From Phoronis australis (taxonomy: Eukaryota; Animalia; Phoronida): DNA of 64,000 nucleotides. Where the stretch lies: positions 74,896 through 138,895 of the forward strand of contig NMRA01000083.1 in assembly GCA_002633005.1 (NCBI GenBank), read 5' to 3'. Positions 25,501 to 37,500 of the stretch are shown one piece after another. The notes under the pieces were generated by a model. That model worked only from the letters and a program-made list of their open reading frames with translations. It was not told the DNA's origin and ran no database searches. The position numbers and the translations under genes are program-made. Numbering within the stretch: position 1 is the first letter of the stretch; each line of letters opens with the position of its first letter.

Positions 25501-28500
25501 CAGCAACAATAAAAAAGCTAATTTTTGTTTGACATAAATGTTCAAGATGAAACCTCTGTGATGCAGCTTTCTAAATCATCATTTCGTTATGCGTTTTATG
25601 TGAATTTTGAATTCCTTCATGAAAAACATAAAAGTCCCATATTAGTTATCCCTCACAGAAAAGTAGGACATTTTAAAACAATTCCTTTCAGCGTTTAGTA
25701 CATAAAGCATGGTACACAAAAGTTACATGTCATTTTTACAGGGTCCTACATAACCTCAAGGTGATGAAATCAGACTATCGTAACGTCAATTCCGGTAAAT
25801 AGTCACTTTTGATGTTTATGATAGAAAAACAAAACCCAATATTTAAGAAATTAAATGGACACCCTGAAAAAATTCATACAAATCGTCACCGACACCGACT
25901 AATGTAGAGCACTGGAGCAACTGGCAATGACATACGTTATGCAAGACTAACGAATACCACAAAAGTACACGACAATTTTGCAACACAAATGTATGCAAAG
26001 ATAACAAACACTATGGCTGAAGTGCAAGCACTGCTTAAAAGGACACCATACCCCGTTTTGGGTGATTTCAGTCACGGCCTCGTCCTGCCATTTGCTAATG
26101 GCATCCCACATGACCAAGTGGGATTCGCTTGCCATCCCGGTGAACTTGCTCTCGCCCAGTGCCTTTTTAGTTGCACTGGCGACTGAACGTGGTTAAGTGT
26201 TTTCCTGTATTAGACTACGTTTTACACAATCTCTTCCAGACAGTAACCAAATAAGGTAAATTTTGGCCCTAATACCTGTTTAGCGAGGAGCACGTGTTCT
26301 TTTGTTTGTGGCATAGTGCCATCTGTTGCAGCCACAACAAGTATTGCTCCCTCCATCTGTGCCGTTCCTGTGATCATGTTCTGAAAATAACAGTATTATG
26401 TATTATACGTCACACTCAGAGATACAAATTTTGTTATTAAAGGCGTATTGACATTCGTTCACCTAAAGAACAATACTGTGGACACATTCCTCACAAACTT
26501 TCCTGAAGTATCAATAAACATCTTGCACACTTGAAGACTGACCATTACCACAACAGTGCCATTCCCCACATTATGTCACAGTACTGACTGACCAACTGCT
26601 CGCATGGAATCGTTTTTTTCACAATCCATGATCTCGAAAATATCAGGCATTTTACACGACGGTCTAAGTGAATGGCATTACTAAAATGTCTAAAAACAAA
26701 ATCACAGCCTAGGCACTAATCTGTCAAGGCCATAAAAATATACTGAACGTCGTGATCAACAAAGCTGGTCGTCTCAAGGAAAAGTTGTTGCCAAGATACT
26801 CTGATATATGTATATGTGTATATGAATATACACAAACATATTTCTGGATCACCAGCCCTTGAGAAGTAAATACATAACATCACAAAAAACTTGCTAAAAC
26901 AATGTACAGAGCTTTGAAAATTAATGCCATCTTCGAGTGTCTATCAAGTTTATATCATATTTAACAAGAGTAACAACACAGAAAGTAAGTCATTGTTCTG
27001 TTTACCTTGATGTAGTCAGCATGACCGGGACAGTCAACGTGGCCATAATGTCTGTTTTCAGTAGAGTATTCCACACAGGCAGCGTTGATAGTAATCCCAC
27101 GCGCCTTCTCCTCGGGAGCTGCGTCGATCTCATCATATTTTTTAAAGGTAGCTTTTTTCTCTGTGGCTAGCACTAAACGAAGCAAAAAAGAAGACGTTTA
27201 CAAGCAAGCAGAGAGCCTCTATGTCTAATTCAAGTCAGTGACTGATGATCCTCAAGCCCAGTATTGTGCATGCAAAGAGTAAATGGAAGAGTAGATCAGT
27301 GTTCTCACCAGCATTTGTGAGCGCAGGGGACTGACGAAACACAATCGCAATAGTAAAGGGGACAGAGAACAAAGCGTTCTGAGCTCTTGGTGATATTTAA
27401 TTGTGAATGTTTTGCGTCATTATTTAGGTTGTAACTTTCATAATAATGGCAAGATTCTGACTGCTGTGGCACAACACTGCAAAATAAGAATGTATCGATT
27501 GAACATCTTTCATGCTGCAACCACCTAATAGCACTGTACCATAGCAGTGAAAGGGTCAAATTTGAGCATGTTGACCCCCCAACATTTAAAACTAAAAATT
27601 CATGGGGAGAAGACTGGTAGATGCTTCCATAGTAATACAAGATCACATAAATAAAATAGATGCTAGAATGTCGTGCAGTTACCAACGAATAAGAATATAA
27701 AATAGTTAAAATAAAATGACGAGTGTCGGTACCAAAATATATTAAAGACACCATATAACGACCAAATGACTTTTGAACATGTTAGATATATGCATCATTG
27801 ATCGACACAAACATATCATCCCTTCCTTTACTCCCGACATTAGATAATTACGCTAATTACTATCGTATGACCCCACCAGTAACCCCATTTAGCACCGAAA
27901 AACTGTAGGTGGTGCTCGTACTAATCGACGCAAATGACATCATCGTTGTGACCACGAGACGTACAGTACGTTGCCACAGGAAATTTACCTTACGGTGATG
28001 GGTGCATATTTCAAATCACAAAATTACACCTATTAGAGACAACAAACTTAAAATACAATGCCATATATCTCGACACTTCCACTTGCATGCAACATCCTAC
28101 AAGTTGCTGTGCTTAGATGACCTAGCATCGCCGAAGTCAGCAGCGCAGTCTTAGTGGGGGCCACTTACTCAGTCTAACATCAAACGATTATTCACACAGA
28201 CGTCGGGGTCTAACGAGCCAATTAAAGTACAGGGTCCCTGCGCGCAGTGCCAGACAGATTGGCAATGAATTGGCGACATCCTGGCGAAAAGCGTGTACCA
28301 CAGAACTAATCTGACAGCGTTACACGTTACGAAGCGAAAGGCTCACACGCAGCATGATAAAAAAGAATGGTCCAAGACTTTTCCCACTTGGGTCAGAAAA
28401 GCACATATCTCGCGATAGACGGACGTTACAGCGGAAGAGTTCAATGAAATGTACCGTGAAATGGAAGATTAAGGAAATGTAGAAACAACGTTTGGATGGA

Positions 28501-31500
28501 TTAGCGCCATATATGTTCAAGCCAGAGGAATCCGAGTAAAGTGACACTGAAGGGGAAAACCGGCCAATTGTCACGGAACGTGCTACGGACTGCCTCAGAG
28601 GTGATGCTTGTTGTTGGTGAGTATAACGTATAATCAATCAACGAAACTGCTAATAAGGAAGAATTCAAATTAATCTGACATTATTTCTAGCTGTCGAAAA
28701 TTGGGGAAATTATGTAGCAGAAATTCCAAAACATTTAGTTATTTGATTCCACCAGGCTTCTATCTTGGTTTCACCATGATTTCTACGGAGAATGAGCATA
28801 CGCTGAGACATCGGCACATTCAAATTTTAAGTTCAAATTGTGTCGGAAGTCACCCGTGTTAGACTTGCCACCGGAATAGTATGCATTGGATCCGATTACA
28901 ATGCATAGATATAGCTCAACCGGTCAACTTGCATTTTAAATGTCTGAAATGGACACAAACAACAGCATACCACACTGTCACGAAGGTCTAAGCTATTGAG
29001 GTACAGGCAAAATATCAAACAAAAAAAGACAGAGAAAACTAACACAACGATTACATTTCCGCCTTGACACGACAAAATTTGTTATTTTTATCACTATCAT
29101 TCTTCATTTGTAAAGAAAGGCAATTTACACAAGGCGCACGGAACTTAGCCTTTAGTCGATGCAACTAGCTGCACGCCATCTAAACATCTAAACAATTCAG
29201 GTGAAAACAAAATATCAATAAATAAAAAGGACAAAGTTAGCGCAACGAATAGGTTGTCATATTTAAACCAACGTTCGATGTCAAAGACTAATTCCACAAG
29301 GCATTTTATAGGAAATACGCTGTCCGTGCCATAGCAGCATCCACATGTTGACTGCACACTTTTTCCAATGCGTGCCTCCAAAATGTACCCAAAGCCGTAC
29401 TGCCCAACGTTCACATGCAGGGTTGGTAAGAACACCCTTTCACAATGTTGAGTTCAAAGAATGTGTCACAAGGCTAAAGTTGAATCAGCGCTATCTTATG
29501 GTCGCATGCATTCGAGTATATGCAACACCCAAGCGCTTAATCGAGCCAAGCTGGTACACTATTGTATTTAGAACTGCTGCCATTATCTTTTGATGTGTGA
29601 CTTGGGAGGTGTGCATGTATAAGTTCCCACCGCTGGAGTATGCCATAATGTGGCAGCAACTTGTGAGTGACAGACGACTCATGATGCGTCGCGTGCTGTC
29701 TCAGAGACGTGGGCTTGAGTTTCTTACCGACTTGTGATTACTCTGCTGCAAGACAAGTTCTGACCGTCATTTGGCAAGTAATAGCCAATGGCAGTCATCT
29801 TCAAGTTTGTTTTTTACGATAAAAGCGATACATACATTCACACACGCCGTTAATTGACGACATTTCTGAGTCACGATTGTATACCGGGACCTCGTGTGCA
29901 AACAACGGTACCGACCAGTGAAGCGGTGATTTATTGTCGGTGATATTGTTAGTGGATAATCAGGACATCTTACGTGAAAAATAAATATGTTTTTCCACCA
30001 CAGATTTCGGTATAAAGTTTACCACGTCAGATTTAGTACGAAACGTAACTGTTGTATGGTGTTGTACATGGGTGCAAATACTTTGAAACTTGGTTTGCTT
30101 CGAGTGAATAGATAGCGTCCGAGATCTACGCTGTTTTTCAGTGTGTTGGGTTCGAAGGATGCTTTACCTGACACGATTGTTTTTGTTAGTAATCGCATTA
30201 TCAATCGACATTGACGCCTAACGTCGGCGGTGTTTCTTATTGGTGACGTTCCTTGAGACAATTACTTAATTTTTGACTGTCACAATACGCGATCAGCTGT
30301 TCAGGCTGTGGTTAGTGTGGTAATGCCCAGTGATGATGTCAGTAGACCAGTCCACTGTGACTCGTCGAGAGGATAAAAGGGGTTTCTGATGGGGGCACAT
30401 AATATGGGGGGATACAATGTGTAGCAATTAATTAGTGGTTGTGAGGAATAAAACGAAACAAAGATATGTGGCATAAACGTACGTGAATTTAATATATCTA
30501 AAAGGCAGTTGGCTCATTTTACTGTCTTTAAAATATTCCCCACGTTTCGAGCGGTGTGCTCTTTATCAAGGGCATGACACAGACACCCCCTCCTTTTATG
30601 ATCACATAACGTGACCTAATAACTACGAGTCAGGGTGGGACAGAAATCTTTTCTGAGTTGTAGGTTATGCGACGTAACCATGTATAACCTTGTAGAGGTA
30701 TCTACTCAAAACATGCCCTAGCGAAGCCATAGCCGATTTGCTCAAATATTTTGCTTTCATCAAACATTAACTGCCACAATTTCAATGCCTGTCACTGCAA
30801 TCTGAAAACAGGCTATTTCAGGTGAATAATCACAAAGATAAGCAGCGTAGACACCAGCCTTATTAGACAAATAAACATCTAAAAACTTTGTTAAAATTTC
30901 CGTTTTTGGCTTCTTAACGATGCTGTTAAGTTGGCAGAGAAGCTGGCTTAAACACTGTCATTGCTTTGCACTAAATTAGCAAAACTGTAGATTATCTAAG
31001 TTTTGCTACGGCTTCTCTACCAGTTATATTTCCTCACCAGAAATTAACAAGGTCAAGGTCACTTTTACTATAAAATAAAGCCTTGTGGAGGCTTGACGAT
31101 ACCTTTTGTTATGGCTGCAGTTAGCGTCGTCTTCCCATGATCAACGTGACCAATGGTGCCAATGTTGAGATGAGGCTTGTCTCGAACAAATTTGGCCTTG
31201 CCACCAGGTGTCGGTACTGGAGCTGCTGATTTCACAGCACAACACGTAAAAGGCCGAGCATTCTACAGGGAAAACTTACTTATATTCACACCACATAAAT
31301 AAATTCCAATATAACGAGATTCCTAAAATTGATGAGAGAACTGGTTTTGCATTACAGCATCAATCATGTAAACGTCCTACCTACTCAATTTTCTTGCCAA
31401 ATAAATTTCATCAGAAAAGACTGATTAGGTGGCAAACGTGACAAATATCAAACTCATGAAAAAAAAACTCCATAAAAATGTTGGAATTTTTTGACGACTT

Positions 31501-34344
31501 TAATAACAATAAATGTACCATCAACATTTTACAGTACGAAAAAAATGAGCATGAGGAGAAAATGAATTCAGGAAAAAAACGGCACTTTAAATAAAAAGTT
31601 AAAAATGATGCTATACATTGTCAGTGATGATAACAAAAAAGAGTGCAGGTGGCCCGATGCCCTTTTCAGTACATCAGGCGTACTTAGGCTGAAAGACCGG
31701 GCCCAGCAGACTAATCACCTGATTATGATGCACGGGAACCCGATATGATCGGCTTCCTAACGGGTAAAATCTGCTGGTTTGTTTCAGAAAGATAGGAAGA
31801 ATATTAAACCTGAATGAGCCGAGTGATGCTAAGTACACTTACAGACAACTGGTCAGTCCACAATCTGGCAAGTGTTTTCTTCACACCTGTAACAACACAG
31901 ACAATATGATGTACTAAAAACTGCTAATACATACACAATACAAAATGTTTGACACCCAACAGCTTTAGCAGAATTTTTAGTATTTGTGCAAATGCCAACA
32001 GGAAATCGAAAACCGTAATAACTTAAAGGAGAATACCACCTGATTTAATTAGTCGTTTTTACCGTCTTCATCGGTCTATATCCACATCGACTCGCATAAG
32101 GTCGATCTTACCTTGCCGAAAGGTGTCGCGAACCTGTGAGGAAGGTGAGAAATAATGCAGCGATGTCAGTGATCATTTGCAGAATGAATGCCGCTATGTT
32201 GCGGTGCATCATTCCCGCTTGTCAAAACCGTATGCAGCTGCTAGGAAAACGGGTATATCGTTTTTCCGACTTCCTCGAGAGTCCGAACTGCTTAGGAAGT
32301 GGCTCGCGGTAGTGAAGAATGAAAAGTATGCTGTAAATAGCAAGTATGAGGCCGTGAAAAATCTCCGTGTCTGGCTGTGGCCTGCAGTCGTCGACAGTGA
32401 GTCTGACAAATGCCGGCTTACCAAATAACTATCCATACGTTCCGTTGCTTAAGCTTGTTCACGGCACCTCTCTAGTATTTCGTCAATGTATTCCGGTTCG
32501 AACTGATAGCCTGTGAAACTTAACGATCCACCTGCGAAGCCTTCGTCGGATGAGTTCTCATCTAAGTCGGATTGCGAGTTGCCATGTTGACGTTTATTAC
32601 TGAGCGTTCCGTTTCAAAATGAGTTATTCTCACCCTAACCAATACTTACATAATACTGAAACAAAGTCTGCCTCATTAGATGCACTTTGTAATGCCTTTG
32701 GAGTGTTCGTGAGTGCAAATGATTTGACTGGGAAGCCAGCAATGAATAAATCACTACGTTACCGGCTTTAGGTGCAATAAAACTAATTGACGGGACATTG
32801 AGGCAGTGTGAGAGCATGCTAATTCAGTGTTTGCTGACAGAAACTGTTTCGAAACAATAATTTGACTTTCTATCGTATGGCTTGGTGTTAGGGGAATCTT
32901 TATTTACTCATACATTATTCAAATAATGATTGTCAATGTACAACTTCTGCCCTGACGGTTCTGTGGCCAAAGGGGAACCTGAATTCATGTTCGCGGCCCC
33001 CGACGAATAAGAAGATTTGCTGTTTCGTGGCTAATTCACCAACATAATCATGTGCACATTAATTCTTTGGCTCACTAGTATAGTATTTTCTTGACTGGAA
33101 GTTTAGTTTCCAACTTTGGCTGGTTTATGTTCGGGATGTCTTCAGTCCGGCTGCGATGGACCTGATCGGGTTCCGAGCCACTGGCCAGGATAACAAGCGT
33201 TTTGTGTGTTTAGAACTCAAAAAAATCACAACTCTAAACAACACAGATCTAGGTTCTCCTGTCTGTATTTCATGGAAGAATACTTCGAATTTATCTCCCA
33301 ACAGACCCCAAACTCCTGCTCAGACCTTGGTAAATTGGCCTGCCAAACTTTGTAGGCTACGGTGTGTCCAAATACCAATAAATCCGTAACAGCGAAATAA
33401 AAACTCGGTGTATGTTTAAGGGTTTTACATCAAAGTTTGATGATTTATTGGTGTTAGACATATTCCGCAACTGCAAAAACATCAATCTCCCGACCGATCA
33501 AAATTAGGCCTTCCGGAAAACTCGCCATGAAAACTTGGCCTTGACTTTAAGAAAAGACCTTGAGGAGATGCACACACATCTACACTACATCCTGTCCAAA
33601 TTTCATGTTTGTAATCGAGAGTATAGTGCACTTTTGGATCGGAGGAACAAGAGGCACTTTTTCGAAAGTTAATCGCATGGCAAAAAATCGTGCACTAAAA
33701 AAGCTTACAAAAAATGATTTATCAGCGAAAATTAGTGACAAAAAGATTACAAAATTAAAATAAAGACTTAGATAACGACTTATAACACAAAACTGTCTAA
33801 AAGTTAACTTTGAAGTGTGAAATCAGGTAATTTACCAACGTGGGTTTTACATGGAGGCAGATATGGAGCACCGTGACCTACTTATTGATTGTCCGTCCAA
33901 CATGAGTCGAATGTCCAAACTGAACTGTTCGACAAAAAGGCAATTGCCAATTAACAATCATTAATTTTAGAGACATTCTACACGACTGTAGATGACGTCA
34001 CACCCGGAGCCAGAAATCCACAACACTGACAGCAGCGTCCTACATCGGCACCAACACTCCACCAGTACCAGTACCAGTACTCCCAGTAGCAGTACAGTAA
34101 TCACAGTACGTATACCACTATAGTACTAGACTACTAGTCTATAGTCAGTGCACCCGTGTGACAGCTACAATTTCCGACTAGTAGTGCCGTTCCAACTACA
34201 AGCGGGATGACTTAGTTATCATACACAACTTAATTTCATTTGTTGAATGCATGTGGTTTCCAGTGGACATTTCTGAAATTCACTTTAGATGACATTCAAC
34301 GTACCAAGATTGCCACAGATTCTCAACGTGATTCCCGTGGCCAT
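13547..34344 (-). CDS. TUFM: Elongation factor Tu, mitochondrial (12 exons, 464 aa)
   Basis: Exons 34344-34305, 31886-31843, 31262-31103, 27172-27006, 26380-26276, 24459-24391, 21294-21202, 20131-19999, 17674-17570, 16864-16713, 15298-15125 and 13699-13547 join in phase (1395 nt). Motifs [58 protein letters not shown]. The basic N-terminus looks like a transit peptide. Exons 1-2 are inferred from phase and start context only. Confidence 0.95.
15788..16268 (-). mobile_element. HINE-family fragment in a TUFM intron
   Basis: CCACTAGG subunits and the GATGACGGCATA-hairpin end match 7680-8190. Confidence 0.7.
18927..19030. mobile_element. PIF/Harbinger-like MITE left arm
   Basis: TTA|GGGCTGTTCCAG...; about 65-bp inverted match to 20672-20738. 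A similar right arm lies at about 42030-42123. Confidence 0.55.
20418..20738. mobile_element. PIF/Harbinger-like MITE right arm with a tandem duplication of about 120 bp
   Basis: Two copies of TAAGAAACATATGTTT...ACAAGAACAAAAAATTAC. Ends CTGGAACAGCCC|TGA. Confidence 0.55.
21985..23950 (-). mobile_element. Full-length HINE copy (21985-23644) plus an older adjacent fragment
   Basis: Same two termini, microsatellite and CCACTAG satellite as 6438-8190. Confidence 0.8.
24445..25511. repeat. About 490-bp direct duplication across an assembly N (probable allelic pair)
   Basis: 24445-24932 matches 25010-25511. The first copy continues into a HINE terminus and the second does not. Confidence 0.8.
27746..30527. 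mobile_element. Decayed Kolobok-type element (family C) in TUFM intron 3
   Basis: TTAA|AGACA...TGTCT|TTAA with an imperfect TIR of about 40 bp (CCAAATGACTTTT versus CCAACTGCCTTTT). Carries a ballast-like exon-1 remnant. A partial inverted copy lies at about 46060-46701. Confidence 0.6.
28430..28616 (+). pseudogene. Remnant first exon of a ballast-like (KolX-type) gene
   Basis: [13 protein letters not shown] / [41 protein letters not shown], with the Trp codon split by GTGAGT exactly as in the intact gene at 41259-39454. Confidence 0.5.
32027..33455 (+). mobile_element. Kolobok-type non-autonomous element (family B), right end truncated
   Basis: TTAA|AGGAGAATACCACC. Colinear with 53596-54935. 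THAP remnant [22 protein letters not shown] on plus, and acidic DENSSDEG...GYQFEPEY on minus at about 32570-32480. Confidence 0.75.
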
Positions 34345-34595
34345 TTTCCAACTTTCATGCCCTTGCTCAAAAGCTCACTGCGCATATTCTCACTCAGGGC
34401 ACTGTTCCGGTTCGCAATGTTTTTTATTGCAGATGATAAAATATCCAGAACAAAAACGGATAAATGTATCCTGAAAGCTCATAATTTCTAATAAAATTAT
34501 TTTATTACCTCGTTAAGTTTTATATAGTTGATTTGTACGAAAGTGAAATCATTCTCGGTTACTCGAGATTGAAGAAACGAGATGTAAACATAGTA
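34345..34595. promoter_or_regulatory. Putative bidirectional promoter TUFM/AIP
   Basis: Divergent ATGs with 251 bp between them. TGCGCAT (NRF1-like), TTCCGG (ETS-like) and YY1-like AAATGGCC / AATGGCGGC motifs at the two starts. Confidence 0.6.
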
Positions 34596-37500
34596 ATGGC
34601 GGCGTCTGCTGGACAGAAAGAGGTGTCTGGGATAGAAAAGAAACTTATTGTTGCTGGTAAAGGAGATGTGCCTCTGTTCCAAGATGGTGCAAAGGTGACA
34701 GGCAGTATGATCATCCATGTGAAATCTTTGTGTTTATTGCTGTTCGCCAACTCTTAAGTTTGAAAAGTAATGTTTGAGAATGACGCTGCATTGCTGCAGC
34801 CATTCATAACTTAAAGTTTAAAGTGTTCTTTTGAACTTGATTTGCCAACAACCAAATAATGATCGGATTCACACGAGTTGCTTCATATTTCAGTGCCAGG
34901 TGTCTACCAAGAAGTGTAAAAACTCAGCTCGCATGCGTTGGAAATTCCAGGACTTCTGTTTGCACAGTGCGAATTACTCCTCACCAATGGCAATGCTGGT
35001 CACAATCATGGCATCATGCCTTTGTTGAGCTTTATTTTTAAAACAAGCTTGAACATATGTTTATGAGTAGAATGGATGAATTTTTACTTTTGGTGCAGGC
35101 AACGTTTCACTACCAGACACGGAAATGTGACGATGACCACACAGTGCTTGATGACAGTAAGAAAATCAAGAAACCAATGGAACTGATCATTGGCAAGAAG
35201 TTTAAAATGGAGGTGTGGGAAGCATGTATAAAGACGATGAGAGTTGGAGAGGTGGCCTCGTTTACCTGTGAGAGATCAGTAAGTTATCAGGTTGTCATAC
35301 GAGTCAACTCTACGCTTGCTGTTGTGAAAAACAATACGCAACCTCCCACGGCAGTTAAGGTCCTCCCACTGGCAGTTGAGATCAGCGAGAGTCAGGACAA
35401 TTTTATTTTTAAAAGATCTACTGCCATCTATGTATCTTTGACAACTGGGAACTGAAGAGTTAGGAATGATTTTGAGAGGTGGTTGCAGAGTTGGTGTTAT
35501 CCATTTGATAAGATTGGGGGAACGAATCTTTGACAACTAATGCGGGTGATTGGACAAACAGAGAGGAAACTAAGAATTGGTAACGGGTAGCGCGGGAAAG
35601 AACTGGTGACAAGTAGAGGGAGCTTGAAAGTGTCGTGAGCAATGGGAAAGATTGGATATCTAGCATTTTTCAAGCCTGCTGAATTGCTTCTTTAAACCCT
35701 TGGTCTGTAAAGGATCACATAGTCATTTTTGACCGATTGTTTTGTGTTAACAATCTATTGGTAGCCTACAGTGCACACGGAATATTAATCAAAATTAGCT
35801 CTAGGTGAGAAACAAATAAACTGATAATCAGCTGTTGTGTTCAGCACTTTAAGTTTGAAATTCTCAAATTTGGAAAGGGTTCTTATTGGTAATGCTCCTG
35901 TTATTTCGGTCACTCACTTGATTACACACACGCAAAATTATTTAGCGGAAGTTTTATGAGTTGTCTCAACATGCAGTGCTTTGTCTACATTTCAGCTAGT
36001 CTCTGTCTATCCAGTGGTTGCCAAAAACCTTCGTGACATCTTCCAGGGCAAGCATGGCCATGCTCAGCACTGCTGTGGCATGAGTCTGTCTGAGAATGGT
36101 GTTGGCTATGATGACCTCAATGTTCTGATGAAGGATCCCCAGCCTCTAGAGTTTATCTTTGGTGAGTTTTGTCCAGTGTGTAACAATTGTGTTTAAGAAA
36201 AGGCTTATGTGTCATGCATTTGTTGTTTTGTTGCTAGGTTGAGGTTGCAGAAAAGTGCAGTTTTCTGTAATTGTGTGATGCCCACATGAATTTTGTGCTT
36301 TTCAATGCCTTTCTGTCAATCTTTTGGTCTGATTTGAACATGAGCCTATTTTGTGAAATTCTTCCTACTCTAATTTTGCAAACAAACCTATCTGTCACTT
36401 TCATTACATCCTTCTTATGGATAGGTTTGAATGCCAGTGTTTCTTAAAATTTTGTATTTTCATTGATAAAAACTAGGGTTAACGAAATCTTTTGTGTACA
36501 AAGTAGCTCCAACGATTTGGTCTGCCTGTTTCTGCAGAACTAATGAAAGTTGAAGAACCTGGTGAATTTAAAAAAGAAGTGTGGACAATGGAACCTGATG
36601 AAAAGTTAGGGACCATCCCTAAACTTCGCGAAGACGGAAACCAATTGTATAAAGCCAAAGATTACAAAGGGGCCTCAGAAAAGTATGCCGAGGCACTGGG
36701 GATGCTGGAACAACTGTTGCTCAGGTATGTACAAACCTCACTTGCGTTCTCAAAGTTAGTTGTGTAGTGTTTTGACATAAACAGGCTGGCATCTAGACGC
36801 CTTAAAGTGTAAATTGCAAGGTCTAAGTATGTTAAATTGTAATAATATTTTCCCAAAGACAAGCATCTGGCCGAGAAATGGCACGTTTTCGTGTGCACTG
36901 CTCGTCATTGGAAAATTACAGTCGAGTCGGCCATATCTGTCGGAGCCGAAATATGCTCCCCGCTCCGACCACTTTGAGGACGGCTGCTTCGACGACAAAC
37001 ATATCATGAAGTTTGAAGCTGGTCTTGTGAAAAGGTAAGTTATCTTCATAATTTATGGCTTATATCCATGACGCTTTCTCAGTGCTTGAACTATAACGAT
37101 CTTTTTTCGCAATCACCATAGTTCTCGCGGTCAACAATTGCTGAGTGTTGCCGGTGGTATTTCTTTGGAATGTTGCCCAGTAGGCTATTTGTTGATTCAA
37201 CTGTTCTTGGTGTTGTGTGTGTAGCAGCGCTAGTTGAGCATCATGTTGACCCAATGCAATTTCATTTGCTGATGGTTCTCAAAGTCAAGTCACGCGAAGT
37301 CAGTAAGGATCATTTAGGGTATCATATTTTTGAGAATCATTGTCTTCAGCCAAATTAGAGTGGAGATATACACCTGGTACTATGGGGAGAGCAGCACTTG
37401 GGGGGACAATACCATCAGCCCCCTATGGTGCACACCGCCCATGCCGATGGGCGGCCCAGCTCTGAAGTAACTACATACATGTACTATAGCCCTGTTGTAG

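Noticed and set aside
30533-30720. Possible Penelope-like terminal fragment on the minus strand
   Set aside because: Only a short CCCTTGATAAAG...CGAAACGT signature was seen, with no recognisable coding remnant.
33882-33903. Alternative TUFM first exon (MLDGQSI)
   Set aside because: Phase-compatible, but the donor is weaker and the peptide is acidic. The exon at 34344-34305 fits a transit peptide better.
34060-34190. CAGTAC-rich stretch in TUFM intron 1
   Set aside because: A short degenerate microsatellite with no evidence of function.
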